The position numbers and the translations under genes were made by a program. Below the pieces are notes generated by a model. That model ran no database searches. It was not told the DNA's origin and was given only the letters and a program-made list of their open reading frames with translations. Shown here one piece after another: positions 27,936 through 39,236 of a stretch of 64,000 bases of DNA. Source of the DNA: an uncultured Phycisphaeraceae bacterium (GTDB taxonomy: Bacteria; Planctomycetota; Phycisphaerae; UBA1845); NCBI GenBank assembly GCA_964426945.1, contig CAYRSS010000009.1, positions 8,090 through 72,089 on the forward strand, written 5' to 3'. How positions within the stretch are numbered: position 1 is the first letter of the stretch; every line of letters starts with the position of its first letter.

Positions 27936-28550
27936 CTAGAGGCCGCGGAGCAGCTCCGACACCTGCAACCCGAAGGCGTTGCTGATGCGCGCCAGGGCCC
28001 AGATCGAAGCGGCGTTCTTGCCCAGTTCGACCTGCGACAATTGCGAAGTGGTCAGGTCAGTGCGGTCGGAAAGCTGGCGAAGCGTGAGGTTCTGGCCGAG
28101 GCGCTGCTCCCGGATCCGCCGACCGATGAGGCGATTCAGCTCGGACTCGTTGGTGTAGATAATGCCCATCCGCTGACAGGCACGGTCCACCGCGGAGACC
28201 AGTTCCTCCGGCCGGAATGGCTTTGCGATGTAGTCGCAACTGCCCTGGCGCATGGCCTGGGTAGCACTCTCCAGGTCCGGATAGGCGGTCATGACGAGAC
28301 AACTGGTCCGCTCGTCAATGTCCTTGAGCCGCGAAACCAGGGCCGGGCCGTCGACCGTCGGCATGCGCATGTCGATCAGCGCGACCTGAAAGGACTCCTT
28401 GTCGGCGGCTTCCAGCGCCTTCTCCGGATCGGTGAATGACCGGGGCGCAAAGCCGTGATCCTCAAGCAGGAGCGAGAGCGTCTTGCAGACCGAAGGATCG
28501 TCGTCGACGATCAGAACCTTGATGTGGTGCCGGACGGCCATGTGGTTCAA
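27936..28550 (-). CDS. Response regulator: receiver domain fused to XRE-family HTH
   Basis: VLIVDDDPS, ALIDMRMPTVDG and IAKPF receiver motifs. C-terminal IGRRIREQRLGQNLTLRQLSDRTDLTTSQLSQVELGKN (HTH_XRE). Confidence 0.85.
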   Translation of the reverse strand: MNHMAVRHHIKVLIVDDDPSVCKTLSLLLEDHGFAPRSFTDPEKALEAADKESFQVALIDMRMPTVDGPALVSRLKDIDERTSCLVMTAYPDLESATQAMRQGSCDYIAKPFRPEELVSAVDRACQRMGIIYTNESELNRLIGRRIREQRLGQNLTLRQLSDRTDLTTSQLSQVELGKNAASIWALARISNAFGLQVSELLRGL

Positions 28551-29108
28551 CTCCTCCCAACCGACTTCCGCGCGATTCGTACCCCCGCCTCCGCCTGCCC
28601 CGCAGACCCGTCGGACGGACCAAGTGTCCGGCCGCGGCCTCGTGTAGCGGACGGCCCCCTATGCTGAGCCTCGATCCCCCCGCGCGAAGTCACCGCTGCT
28701 ACCATGCGCGAGCCCGGCTAACGGTCGCAGGCTCGGCCGGAAGCCCGCTGCCCCTGCGGGACATGGCGGCCGTTCCAGCGTGAAGCGATGACTCAAACGC
28801 CGCCTGCAACGCCGACACCGCCCAGCCGTCGCGAACGACGCGAGGGCGAGCCATGCCTCGGCGTCAAAGCCGGCGGCTCACGACTTAATCATAAGTTGGC
28901 ACTTAGCAACAATCCAGCGGAAGGCTACTATTCCGTCGTTTATTCAAGCCGCCTTGGAGCAGCCGACCGCGGCCGGGACCAGTAACGCGATCGTAAGTTC
29001 TTTTTCCAAAATACTTTATCAGTGATGGCGCCTTCATGGGTCGCGACGCCATGCCGGCAAGCAGGCCACCCGAGGCGAGGTCAGCCGGAGGCAGGCCCCG
29101 CGCAGTCG

Positions 29109-31457
29109 TCAAGGCTTGCCGAGATCATCGAGGTCGACCGCCAGCCGGCGCGCGACGTCCGAGGGCACCAGGACCACGGCCGAACTGCCGCTCAGGTTCG
29201 CGTACACGCCGCCCTTCGGATCGCCCGGGCAGGCCCGCGCCGACACCGACAGTCGCTGCCGCTCGCCGGACTCCGATTCGACCTCCACGGCTTGCGCGGC
29301 GGGATCCAGACCGAATTCCCCAGGCGAAGCCCCCTGCAGGACCACGTAGTGCGTGGACTTCATGTCACGCAGTTGCAGCAGCAGGTTCTGCACTTTCGAG
29401 TCGACAAGGGGCAGGTCGTGCTCGTGGGCGTAGCGCCACCCGCCGTCTGCCCGCTCGAATTCGTGGCTTAGGTCGCCCTGCCGGATCGAGAAGCGGCGCA
29501 CGGTGGCCGGATCGAAGCGCAGCAGGCTCTCCTCCAAGTACTCGCCGAACACCCCCGCCACGAACTCGCCGCCCACCCGGTAGACCAGCGCGCGATCATC
29601 GATGCGAGCGAAGTACGCGCCGTCACGCTCGCCGATCGCGAGTTCGTACGTCCGGTTGGGCGGCTGAACCTCCACCGGCACGAGCTTGGCCGGCTCCCCC
29701 TCCGCATCGCTCGCCACGGCGGAAGGATCCTCTCGCATCTCGAACTGCACCGGCGGCTTGTGTTCAACGAGCAGGTTCGCAATCGGCGCATCGAGGCCGT
29801 AGGCGCTCGACTTGGGCTCGACGCCGACGACCGCCTCGGCACGCAGCCCGGCCAGCGCGGTGACCCAACGTGCCAGCGCATCGGCACGGACGTCCATGGC
29901 CACAGGCTCTGCAAGGCTCCACAGGCCCTGGCTGCGGACGAAGGTCAGCGCCGTCCTGCCGTCGGCAAGCCGGTTCACGCGCTCGATCGTCAGCTTCTCG
30001 ACGCCCCCTGCGGGAAGGTCCAGCACGGTCAGATCGTGATACGCCTCCGGTCGTCGAAGCAACTTCTCGACATCCTGCACGCGGACCTTCGCCACGACTT
30101 CGCCGGCTCGAAGGTAAACCAGCCGCTTGGCCACCTTGTCCGTGTGCGCCCCGACAACCAGCCGCAGCGGTGTATCGCGGCCGGGCATCGCGAAAGTCAC
30201 GACCGCCTGAGGCTTGTCAAAGCCGGAATCCGCCGCCTCGTCGGATTCCACGAACGCCGCAGCGGTGAGCCCTGCTACCGCGTCGAGCAGCGACTGGACG
30301 GCCTGCGCCTCGGCGGGCGTCTCCTGCGGCGAGTAGAACCACGCGCTGCCCTGTCGGGTCAGCTCGGCGCGGGCTCCGGACACTTCGATCGTCACCGCCG
30401 TGGCCGTCTGCACCGGCTCGGAGACGACCGTCATGTCCCGCCATTCGGCCATCGACGGACGGAGCTTGTCCGTCACCGTCTTCATCAACAGACCGACGAA
30501 GGGCTCATCACCCGCCCGGACGTAGACCTTGGTGTCCTCGCCGATCGGCGAGCGACTGGAGACACGCAGAACATGGGTCTCCGCGGTTTCTTCACTGGCC
30601 GCAGTGGCTGTGATCCGAACGGTCAGCATCGGCGCGTGGAGGCCGTAGAGCGACAGCTTGTCGGCCTGATCGTCCACCCACTTCTGCGTTCGCAGGCGGG
30701 CGACGGCAGCCACCGCTTCGGCGACCTTGCCGGTTGCCTTCGCGCTGACCGGCGATTCCATCTCCCAGCCGCCGCCCTCGCGGCGGAAGGCGAAGGTGAC
30801 ATCGCCCTGGCCCCCTGCCGAGTGCTCGACGACCTCGAAGCGGGTGATCTTCTCCGGATCGAGATTCCAGATCGACGCGTCGCGATAGTCCAGCGCCCTC
30901 GCCTTGAGCAGCGTGTCCGGGCGGACTTCGACCGTGGCGACGAGGTCGCTGCCGCTGCGGCGGACGTAGGACTCGCGGGCTCCGACGGGCGATCCGACTT
31001 CGATGGTGATCGGCTCGCCTTCCGCCGGCGTAAACGTGACAGTGATCGCCGGGGCGTCAAGCCCGAACGTGGCCGCCGACTGCCCGCCTTCGCCGATCGT
31101 CTGCGATACTTTGTACTTCGCGCGAAGCAGCCGATCGGCCAACGACCGCATGTCCCAGGTGGCCACGCGGGTTTCGAGGGGCGCAGTCATGCGCCATATC
31201 TCCTCGGCGCTGTCCGCGGCCGATTGGCGTTCGAACACCCACTCGGCCGACTCGCCGGCGCGCCGACAGGCGATGCGATTGACCTGCTCCGGCGCGTCGG
31301 GCACGAGCTCCGCAGCGAGCGCGTCATCGAGATAGGTCGGCTCGGTGGAGGCGTTCTCGTTCGTCGGCGCCACCTCGGGCTCGGATCGCGAGATGAAAAG
31401 ACCGGCCAGCAGACAACCGAATACCACCAGCAGAAGGATCGTTGTTTTGGTGCTCAT
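29109..31457 (-). CDS. DUF4340-repeat protein (last gene of the GldA/F/G-like ABC operon)
   Basis: Start MSTKTT with N-terminal TM ILLLVVFGCLLAGLFI. Five recurring modules of the pattern h-x-F-x-R-(x)n-W-x-h-x-x-P...A-D-x-x-x-V-x-x-LL-x-x-L. Confidence 0.75.
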   Translation of the reverse strand: MSTKTTILLLVVFGCLLAGLFISRSEPEVAPTNENASTEPTYLDDALAAELVPDAPEQVNRIACRRAGESAEWVFERQSAADSAEEIWRMTAPLETRVATWDMRSLADRLLRAKYKVSQTIGEGGQSAATFGLDAPAITVTFTPAEGEPITIEVGSPVGARESYVRRSGSDLVATVEVRPDTLLKARALDYRDASIWNLDPEKITRFEVVEHSAGGQGDVTFAFRREGGGWEMESPVSAKATGKVAEAVAAVARLRTQKWVDDQADKLSLYGLHAPMLTVRITATAASEETAETHVLRVSSRSPIGEDTKVYVRAGDEPFVGLLMKTVTDKLRPSMAEWRDMTVVSEPVQTATAVTIEVSGARAELTRQGSAWFYSPQETPAEAQAVQSLLDAVAGLTAAAFVESDEAADSGFDKPQAVVTFAMPGRDTPLRLVVGAHTDKVAKRLVYLRAGEVVAKVRVQDVEKLLRRPEAYHDLTVLDLPAGGVEKLTIERVNRLADGRTALTFVRSQGLWSLAEPVAMDVRADALARWVTALAGLRAEAVVGVEPKSSAYGLDAPIANLLVEHKPPVQFEMREDPSAVASDAEGEPAKLVPVEVQPPNRTYELAIGERDGAYFARIDDRALVYRVGGEFVAGVFGEYLEESLLRFDPATVRRFSIRQGDLSHEFERADGGWRYAHEHDLPLVDSKVQNLLLQLRDMKSTHYVVLQGASPGEFGLDPAAQAVEVESESGERQRLSVSARACPGDPKGGVYANLSGSSAVVLVPSDVARRLAVDLDDLGKP

Positions 31458-31489
31458 GACTGATCGGCGAGCCAGCGAGCTGCCCGCCC

Positions 31490-33649
31490 CTATCTCCTCC
31501 TGATCCACCAGGCGACGCCCCCGGCCAGCAGCGCTACCGCGGGCCAGGCGAACACGGTCACGCCCTTGACGACCTGACGGGTAGATTCGTCGGGGATCTC
31601 CAGCACGGCTTGTTCGATCGGCGTGCCTACGTTCATGATCTGAGTATTGTCGTTGAGCCAGTGCAATGCGTTCAGCACGAGCAGCACGTTGCCGGGGTAG
31701 CGCAATCTGGCGGAAATCCCCTGCGCGTCCAGAACCGGGAAAGACGCGGCGGCGAATGCGTCGGTCGCGAAGTCGTCGCTGCCGACCAGCACCATCTTCG
31801 CGCCGTCCTTCTCTGCGGCGACGGCCAGCGTGAACGGGCCCTCCAGGTCACCTTCGACCTTGGTGATGAACTCGGATCTCGCCTGCTCCTGGTACTTGAG
31901 GACGTTCTGCGCGCCCCAGATTCCATCCAGGCTGGGCTGCGTGATCAGCGGCGTAACCGTCACGCCCGTAGGCGGCGTCGCAGCAGTAACAATCGGCGCA
32001 CACATCGGGAGAAACAGCCGCCGGGCCGTGGGCGAGCTGACGATCGGATGATCGCCCGTGGTGACGCGCGTCGCCTCCGACATGACCACCTGGTCGCCGC
32101 CGAAGAAGTACTTGCCGGGTGCGACGCTGCGGGCAAAAAGCAGGAGCGTGCCGAGATCGAGTTTCACGCCCCAGGCGGATTCGAGGTATTCGTTGAATTC
32201 GTAGTTGCCGGGGAGCAGGAACTCGCCCGTCTGCTGACCGGGAACCCAGCCAGCCATGAACATCGCGCGGCCGGAAGCCGCGATGGCCTCGGTGACAATG
32301 CGCTGATCGGCCTCGCTGAAGGGCGGCTCCTGCGGTGGCTGACCGAACGGCCCCGGCTCGGGCGGGATGGGGCGACGAACGACATAGATCGTGCGCGTCG
32401 GCGCCGGATCAAGCGGCGGCATGGTCTTCTGCGTCTGAAGGTCCCATTCGCTTACGACGAAGTTCGCGTCCTCAAGCCGCTCGCGGAGCTGGCGCATGAT
32501 CGCGGGCGGCTGGCCCGGGAACATGCCGCCGAGAAACAGCGGCGGCCCGCCGTAACGCACGAAAACCACCGCCGTCCGCTCCTCACTCGTCGCCCGCAGG
32601 ATCGCCGAGGTGACAGCCTCTTCCCCCTTGAAAGCCAGCGACTGGAATTTCGTGGTGGGCGGCGGCCCGCCGGGCATGGCGGCCGTCCAGACGTCGACGA
32701 AGTCCACCACGACAGCGTCCGAGTCGGTCGTGACAAGGATCGCGTTGCTGAGGCTGTCGAGACCCTCCAGAATCCGCTCATAGGGCAGCGCCGGCAGCTC
32801 GTCCGCTGCGGCCTGGGCCTCGCGTAGCTTGCCCGACAGCGCGAAGTACCGGGCCGACGCCTCGCGCAGAAACTTCGCCTGCGCCTCGGGCAGCTCTGCG
32901 TTTCCTGCGACCTGCGCGGATCCGAAACGCCCGAGCTTGTCGAGCATGTCGAGGAAGTTGCGATACCCGGTCTTCACGTTTTGTATCGCCGCCGCGTAGG
33001 CCGGCGGGGTCTCTTCGAGGTTGATACGGATGCCGTCGTTGAGACGACCCAGCATCGTGCTGTATTCGGCCAGAAACGCCTCGACCTGCGCAATCGGCGA
33101 TACCTCACCGCCGATCCCCCCGCCGCCAAGACCGGATGCGAGTTCGAGTTCCGACTGAATCAGCGTGCCGACCTCGGGGGCGAGTTCCTTCTCGAAACGC
33201 TCGATCTGAACCTTGTGCGCAGCCACGGCGTCGGCGAACCGCGGCAGCTCCGCGATCTCCCGCAGGCGGACCTTGTACTTCTCGACGTCCTTGAGCGGAT
33301 TGATCCACTCCACGTCGATCTTCGAGCGGTTGGCTGCCTCGTAGAGACCCAGCAGATCCCACACCGCCTGTCGGAAGCGACCCTGGTCCTCATCTTCGCG
33401 GTCGGTCTCGAAGTAGAACGACGTCAGCCGGACGTTTGGCTTCAGCCCGTCGATCAGGCGCTCTGTGGGCTCGCTGAGCGCGGACACGCCCGTCGAACTC
33501 AGGCTCCAGCGCGTCGAGTAGGTGAAGCCGAAGTATTGCAGCAGCCCGGCGATGCCCAGCATCAGCAGGATCGACACGAGCACGTTGGCCCCGACCTTCA
33601 GCCGCCGACCGGCCGCGGTGGGCGTGCCGGGTTCATGACCTACCGCCAT
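31490..33649 (-). CDS. GldG-like auxiliary component of ABC-type transport system
   Basis: N- and C-terminal TM anchors (VLVSILLMLGIAGLLQYF; VFAWPAVALLAGGVAWWI) flanking a large extracytoplasmic domain. Positioned after the ABC-2 permease, as in gldA-F-G-type operons. Confidence 0.75.
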   Translation of the reverse strand: MAVGHEPGTPTAAGRRLKVGANVLVSILLMLGIAGLLQYFGFTYSTRWSLSSTGVSALSEPTERLIDGLKPNVRLTSFYFETDREDEDQGRFRQAVWDLLGLYEAANRSKIDVEWINPLKDVEKYKVRLREIAELPRFADAVAAHKVQIERFEKELAPEVGTLIQSELELASGLGGGGIGGEVSPIAQVEAFLAEYSTMLGRLNDGIRINLEETPPAYAAAIQNVKTGYRNFLDMLDKLGRFGSAQVAGNAELPEAQAKFLREASARYFALSGKLREAQAAADELPALPYERILEGLDSLSNAILVTTDSDAVVVDFVDVWTAAMPGGPPPTTKFQSLAFKGEEAVTSAILRATSEERTAVVFVRYGGPPLFLGGMFPGQPPAIMRQLRERLEDANFVVSEWDLQTQKTMPPLDPAPTRTIYVVRRPIPPEPGPFGQPPQEPPFSEADQRIVTEAIAASGRAMFMAGWVPGQQTGEFLLPGNYEFNEYLESAWGVKLDLGTLLLFARSVAPGKYFFGGDQVVMSEATRVTTGDHPIVSSPTARRLFLPMCAPIVTAATPPTGVTVTPLITQPSLDGIWGAQNVLKYQEQARSEFITKVEGDLEGPFTLAVAAEKDGAKMVLVGSDDFATDAFAAASFPVLDAQGISARLRYPGNVLLVLNALHWLNDNTQIMNVGTPIEQAVLEIPDESTRQVVKGVTVFAWPAVALLAGGVAWWIRRR

Positions 33650-34425
33650 CGTCGAAACTCCAGCACCTTGACCGCGAAGAAAAGGAACGCCAGCGTCGTC
33701 GTCGCGAAGTACGCCAGGTGATTGAGATCAACCAGCCCGCGGACGAAGTCGCGGAAGTGACTCTGCACAGAAAGGTGCTGAAGCAGGGTCCGCGACCACG
33801 GCGTGGTCACGACCTGGGCCAGCCCTTCGAACGCGAAGGTCATCATGGCGAGCAGGATGACGCTCAGGATACCGGCGACCACCTGGTGGCGTGTACAAGC
33901 GGAGAAGAAGAGCGTGACTGCGATGAACAGCGCCCCTACCAGCGTCCAGCCGAGGTAGTGACAGAACAGCAGCTTGACGTCAACGGAGCCGTATTGCGCA
34001 AGGATCAGGGGATAGATCAGCAGCGCCGCCAGCATGATCGCGTAGAACAGCATCGCGCCGATGAACTTGCCCAGGACCATGCCCACTTCGCTGACGGGCG
34101 CCGTCATCATCGTCTCGATCGTGCCGCTGCGAAGCTCGTCGCTCAGCAGTCGCATGGTCAGCAGAGGCAGCAGCACGGCGAGAATCACCAGCATCCACGG
34201 ATCGCCCATCGCGCGAAGCGAGGCGTCCCCACCCGCCCTGAACACGCCGAGCGAGAACGCCAGGCCGGTCAGGAACAGGAACACCCCCATGCCCGCGTAT
34301 GCGATGGGCGACACGAAGAACGCCAGAAACTCACGCTGGGCGATGATGATCGCCCCGGAAAGCCCGCCGCCCGCGGCGGGCGCCGGGGTCATGGTCGGAT
34401 TGCCGACAGCACTCATACGGCTCAC
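33640..34425 (-). CDS. ABC-2 type transporter permease (GldF-like)
   Basis: Six predicted TM helices and FVSPIAYAGMGVFLFLTGLAF. 10-nt overlap with the downstream GldG-like gene. Confidence 0.8.
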   Translation of the reverse strand: MSRMSAVGNPTMTPAPAAGGGLSGAIIIAQREFLAFFVSPIAYAGMGVFLFLTGLAFSLGVFRAGGDASLRAMGDPWMLVILAVLLPLLTMRLLSDELRSGTIETMMTAPVSEVGMVLGKFIGAMLFYAIMLAALLIYPLILAQYGSVDVKLLFCHYLGWTLVGALFIAVTLFFSACTRHQVVAGILSVILLAMMTFAFEGLAQVVTTPWSRTLLQHLSVQSHFRDFVRGLVDLNHLAYFATTTLAFLFFAVKVLEFRRWR

Positions 34426-34455
34426 TCCGTGAGGTCCACACCCGCCGGCCGCGCT

Positions 34456-35421
<966 letters not shown>

Positions 35422-35588
35422 ACGCGCAGGTCCGTTGGCCGCTGGTCAGGAATCACACTGTCGCCGAGGCCCGACGGCGAGCGGCGCGAGGGTTCTCGGC
35501 GAGGGCCGCGTTGTACAGAAGGCCCGTCGAACGTGTCAAGCACCCCGGGGGGCTATGGGTCGCGGGCGCTCGTCGGGGGACGAGTGGC

Positions 35589-37244
35589 TCACACGGCGCC
35601 CAGCAACCCGAGCACTTTCAAGCCCAGCCGTTGCCCCGTTTCGCTCTCCTCGTCAAGGATCATGGCCCCGTGCTGCGTGAGCAGCGGCGCGTGGATGTGG
35701 TACCGCGCCCGGGCCAGCAACCGCGCGTTGGGGGCCACGCGGCCTGCCTGGTCGAGCACGTCGATCACCGTGCGATGATCCGGAAGGGTCACCACGATCG
35801 CCCGGGCCTCGGGGGCCGCGAGACGGTGCAGCACGAACTCGTGGGTGGCATCCCCGAGTTCCGCGGGCAGGCCGCCGGCGCGGGCGGCCGCGACCGTCTG
35901 CGGGTTCAAGTCGATCACCGCAACCGGAACGCCGCGGGCCCGCAGTTCTGAAACCACGCCCTGACCGGCGGGGCCGTAGCCCACGACGATGACGTGGTTC
36001 TCCAGCCGGTCAGCCGCTTCGCTGGCGACGTCTCGATCGACGAGGCGCAGCCCGAGTCGCCGGGCGAAGCGCTCCACCGCCGCACCGACCCTTGATGAGC
36101 CGGCAACCAGGAACGGCGTGAGAATCAACGTAGCCAGCGTCACGGAGATCATCAGCCTGAACGAAGTCTCCGGCAGCAGGCCGCTGTCACTCGCCATCTG
36201 AGCCAGGACGAAGGAGAACTCGCCGAGCTGACCGAGGCAGATGCCGGTCGCGATGGCATGGCGAAGCGGCATCCGAAACAGCAGCGCCACAACCCACACC
36301 ACTGCGGCCTTGCCGATCACCACCGCCGGAACGACCGCCGCCAGCCACTGCCAGTGGGCGATCAGCCACGCCAAGTCGCCCAGCGTGCCGATGACGGCGA
36401 AGAAAATCGTCAGAAAGAGCGTGCGGAGCACCCCCACGTCGGCCTGAATGCCCGTCGAGTAGGGCGATTCGGCCAGGAGGATCCCTGCGGCGAAAGCGCC
36501 CAGCGCCGGCGACAGCCCCAGCGACGCCGCGGCCCAGCAGGACGCCAGGCAGGTCGTCACCGCCAGGAGGATCGGTAGCTCACGGTTTTTCACGAGCGCC
36601 GCGGCGGTGAAGATCCGCGGCAGAACCACGATGGTGAGGAGGTACACGCCGACGATCAGGACCGCCATGAGTCCCGCGTTCTTGAGCAGGCCGCCGAAGA
36701 TCTGCCACGCGGTCCCCCCGCCGCCCGCCGACGCCAGAAAAAGCATGAGCGGGATCACCGCCATGTCCTGCAGGAGCGAGATTCCCAGCGAGACGCGGGC
36801 GTGGATGCTCTCGATCTCCGCGCGGTCGATGAACACGCGGAGCATGCACGCCGTGCCGCTCGCGGCGACAATCAGGCCAATGGCCCCGCCCTCCAACAGC
36901 GGCCGTCCCAGTGCCACGCAGATCCCGAGCGTCAGCAGCGCCGTGCCAGCCAACTGGGCCGATCCGCCGCCAAGGGCAACCGCGCCGAGACTTCGCAACT
37001 GCCGCCACGAAAAGGTCAGCCCGATGGTGAAAAGCAGCAGCGCGACCCCGATGTCGGCCATCTGGGTCAGGTGTTGGCCATGGTGGATCACATTGAATGC
37101 GCCCGGACCCAGGAGCGTGCCGGCGAGCAGGTAGCCGAGAATGGCGCTCTGACCGAGGCGCTCGAGGATGAGTCCCAGCAGCATGGCTGCCGCGAGAAGC
37201 ACCACGATGTCGCCAATGGCGGTCCACATGTCCATGACGGGCAT
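35589..37244 (-). CDS. Monovalent cation:proton antiporter-2 (Kef-type) with C-terminal RCK/TrkA-N domain
   Basis: About 380-aa multi-TM Na+/H+-exchanger-like domain (GQSAILGYLLAGTLLGP), then the Rossmann motif HVIVVGYGPAGQGVV. Start at MPVMDMW (37244) or a nearby Met. Confidence 0.85.
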   Translation of the reverse strand: MPVMDMWTAIGDIVVLLAAAMLLGLILERLGQSAILGYLLAGTLLGPGAFNVIHHGQHLTQMADIGVALLLFTIGLTFSWRQLRSLGAVALGGGSAQLAGTALLTLGICVALGRPLLEGGAIGLIVAASGTACMLRVFIDRAEIESIHARVSLGISLLQDMAVIPLMLFLASAGGGGTAWQIFGGLLKNAGLMAVLIVGVYLLTIVVLPRIFTAAALVKNRELPILLAVTTCLASCWAAASLGLSPALGAFAAGILLAESPYSTGIQADVGVLRTLFLTIFFAVIGTLGDLAWLIAHWQWLAAVVPAVVIGKAAVVWVVALLFRMPLRHAIATGICLGQLGEFSFVLAQMASDSGLLPETSFRLMISVTLATLILTPFLVAGSSRVGAAVERFARRLGLRLVDRDVASEAADRLENHVIVVGYGPAGQGVVSELRARGVPVAVIDLNPQTVAAARAGGLPAELGDATHEFVLHRLAAPEARAIVVTLPDHRTVIDVLDQAGRVAPNARLLARARYHIHAPLLTQHGAMILDEESETGQRLGLKVLGLLGAV

Positions 37245-37413
37245 CCCTGCACCGGGCCTGCTGCAATTCGGCGTGAGCGGGTTATCCACGACGCCCGCGC
37301 GAACCGCAAGCGTCAGGCGGCCTTCGACCGGGGTTTCTCGACCGAGGGCCGCGGGTTCCGTATAATCTGACGCTGAGTTGGTTGGATCGCATGACCCCAG
37401 GGGACCGCACCAT

Positions 37414-38175
37414 ATGGCGCTGCTCGGCGTCAACATCGATCACGTAGCCACCGTGCGCCAGGCACGACGGACGGATGAGCCCGACCCCGTGTGGGCAGCA
37501 GTCGAAGCGCAGCTGGGCGGCGCCGACCTGATCACGTTCCACCTCCGTGAAGACCGTCGCCACATTCTCGATCGCGACGTGCCGCTGCTTCGCGAGGTGT
37601 GCCGGGTTCCGCTGAACATGGAGATGGCCGTCGTCGACGAGATGGTCGCCATCGCGTGCCGCCTGCGACCGGAGCACTGCTGCCTCGTGCCCGAGAAGCG
37701 CGAGGAGGTGACGACCGAGGGCGGCCTCGACGTGGTCCGCCATCGCGACCGCGTCGCCCGGGCAGTCCACGCCCTGCGCGAGGACGGCATCACGGTGAGC
37801 GCGTTCATCGAGCCAATCGAGGCCCAGATCCAGGCGGCGGCCCAGGCCGGCTGCCACGCCTGTGAGTTGTGGACCGGCGGCTACGCCCACGCCATGCGGC
37901 CGGCGGACGCGGCCCGCGCCATCGATACGCTGCGGCACGCCGTCGGATTCGCCCGGGGCGTCGGCCTTGAGGTCAACGGTGGCCACGGTTTGACCTACCG
38001 CAACATCCCGCCGGTGGCAGCCATTCAGGGATTCTCCGCATTTCACATCGGGCACTCGATCGTGTCGCGGGCGATCTTCACTGGCATGCGCGAGGCCGTG
38101 TGCGAGATGAAGCGACTCATCACGATGCACACGCCGTCGGCCGGTGCCGGCCTGGAACCAGGGGGAGTTGCGTGA
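37414..38175 (+). CDS. pdxJ: Pyridoxine 5'-phosphate synthase
   Basis: MALLGVNIDHVATVRQAR, ITFHLREDRRHI, CLVPEKREEVTTEGGLDV and NGGHGLTY signatures. Confidence 0.93.
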   Translation: MALLGVNIDHVATVRQARRTDEPDPVWAAVEAQLGGADLITFHLREDRRHILDRDVPLLREVCRVPLNMEMAVVDEMVAIACRLRPEHCCLVPEKREEVTTEGGLDVVRHRDRVARAVHALREDGITVSAFIEPIEAQIQAAAQAGCHACELWTGGYAHAMRPADAARAIDTLRHAVGFARGVGLEVNGGHGLTYRNIPPVAAIQGFSAFHIGHSIVSRAIFTGMREAVCEMKRLITMHTPSAGAGLEPGGVA

Positions 38176-39236
38176 CGGCGTCATCCCCCACCCGACTGAT
38201 CCTCCACCGGCCACACCTGTCGCTGCGGGATCGGGCGTTCTCGCTCGCGGCGTTCGTGGTGGCCGGGGCGATCTTCCTCACTCTGGGCTGGTCGCTCATG
38301 GAGCCGGTCGACCCGCAGGGGGCGGTCAGCGCCCTGACGCGCGGCGGGGGCGCCGGGTTGATCATCAAGGCCGCGCTCCTTGGCGCAGCCACCGCTGCCG
38401 CGGCGACAGTCGTCGCCGGGCAGCGACTTGCCGACGTGGGCACCTTCGCCACGGGACTCGGGTTGATGCTCGTCTCGCTCCGGGGGAACAACGCGGCCGC
38501 CCTGCTGACCAGCCACGCGTCTGACGGCGGCTCGATGCGCACGCTCGCTGTGTGGATGGCGTTCGAATCGCTCGGCTGGTGCCTGGTCATGGGTGTTGCC
38601 GCGGCGGTGTCCGGATTCGTGATGAGCAGGCTCTACGGTGGTCCGCCTTCCGAGCCGGGATCGGAGTTGGCGCCTGGCGAGCGAGAAGCGCACGCGTGTC
38701 TCTCCGCCGCCTGGGCGATGGCCTCTCTGGACGTGCCGAAGTTCTCCCATCGCTGGTTCGGCACGGACGAGGCGTCGCTGACGCCGTGGCGCGACGGTGT
38801 GCGGCACATGCTCATCGCCACAGGCGTAGCGTTTGCGGTCACAATGATCCTGTCCGCCGGGGTCTCGTCGCGGGCGGTTCGGCATGGCGAGGCCTGCTTC
38901 ATGGTCGCCGTCGCAGTGTTTGTCGGCTCCCGGTCGGCACACGCGCTGGCTCCGGCGCGATCGGCCCTCTGGTCGCTCGCATCCGTCGGTGTGCTGATGA
39001 TCTTCGGCTGCCTCTACGCGGCCGTGTCGACCGACCCGGGCGCCGGTCCTGCGGGCGTGCCCGCCAGCCCATTCATGCGGGTGTTGCCGCTGCAGTTCGC
39101 CGCAGTCGGGTTTGCGGCGGCCGTTCTGGCTCAGTGGTCTGTACAGGTGCGGGCACGGGCCGTCGAGTCATCCGACGCAGCGACCGGACCCGACGCTCGA
39201 AAGCGACGAACCGCCCGGCGAGGAGGAAGGGGCTGA
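38172..39236 (+). CDS. Hypothetical multi-pass membrane protein, translationally coupled to pdxJ
   Basis: GTG 38172 overlaps the pdxJ stop (GTGA). About 8 hydrophobic segments. No recognisable family motif. Confidence 0.55.
   Translation: MTASSPTRLILHRPHLSLRDRAFSLAAFVVAGAIFLTLGWSLMEPVDPQGAVSALTRGGGAGLIIKAALLGAATAAAATVVAGQRLADVGTFATGLGLMLVSLRGNNAAALLTSHASDGGSMRTLAVWMAFESLGWCLVMGVAAAVSGFVMSRLYGGPPSEPGSELAPGEREAHACLSAAWAMASLDVPKFSHRWFGTDEASLTPWRDGVRHMLIATGVAFAVTMILSAGVSSRAVRHGEACFMVAVAVFVGSRSAHALAPARSALWSLASVGVLMIFGCLYAAVSTDPGAGPAGVPASPFMRVLPLQFAAVGFAAAVLAQWSVQVRARAVESSDAATGPDARKRRTARRGGRG

Noticed and set aside
27676-27939. 87-aa ORF overlapping the tRNA-His locus
   Set aside because: It overlaps a cleanly folding tRNA on the opposite strand and has no coding signal.
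28892-28907. Sigma54-like TTGGCACTTAGCAACA
   Set aside because: The GC dinucleotide falls 4 nt too early relative to the GG-N10-GC spacing, and no plus-strand gene lies downstream.
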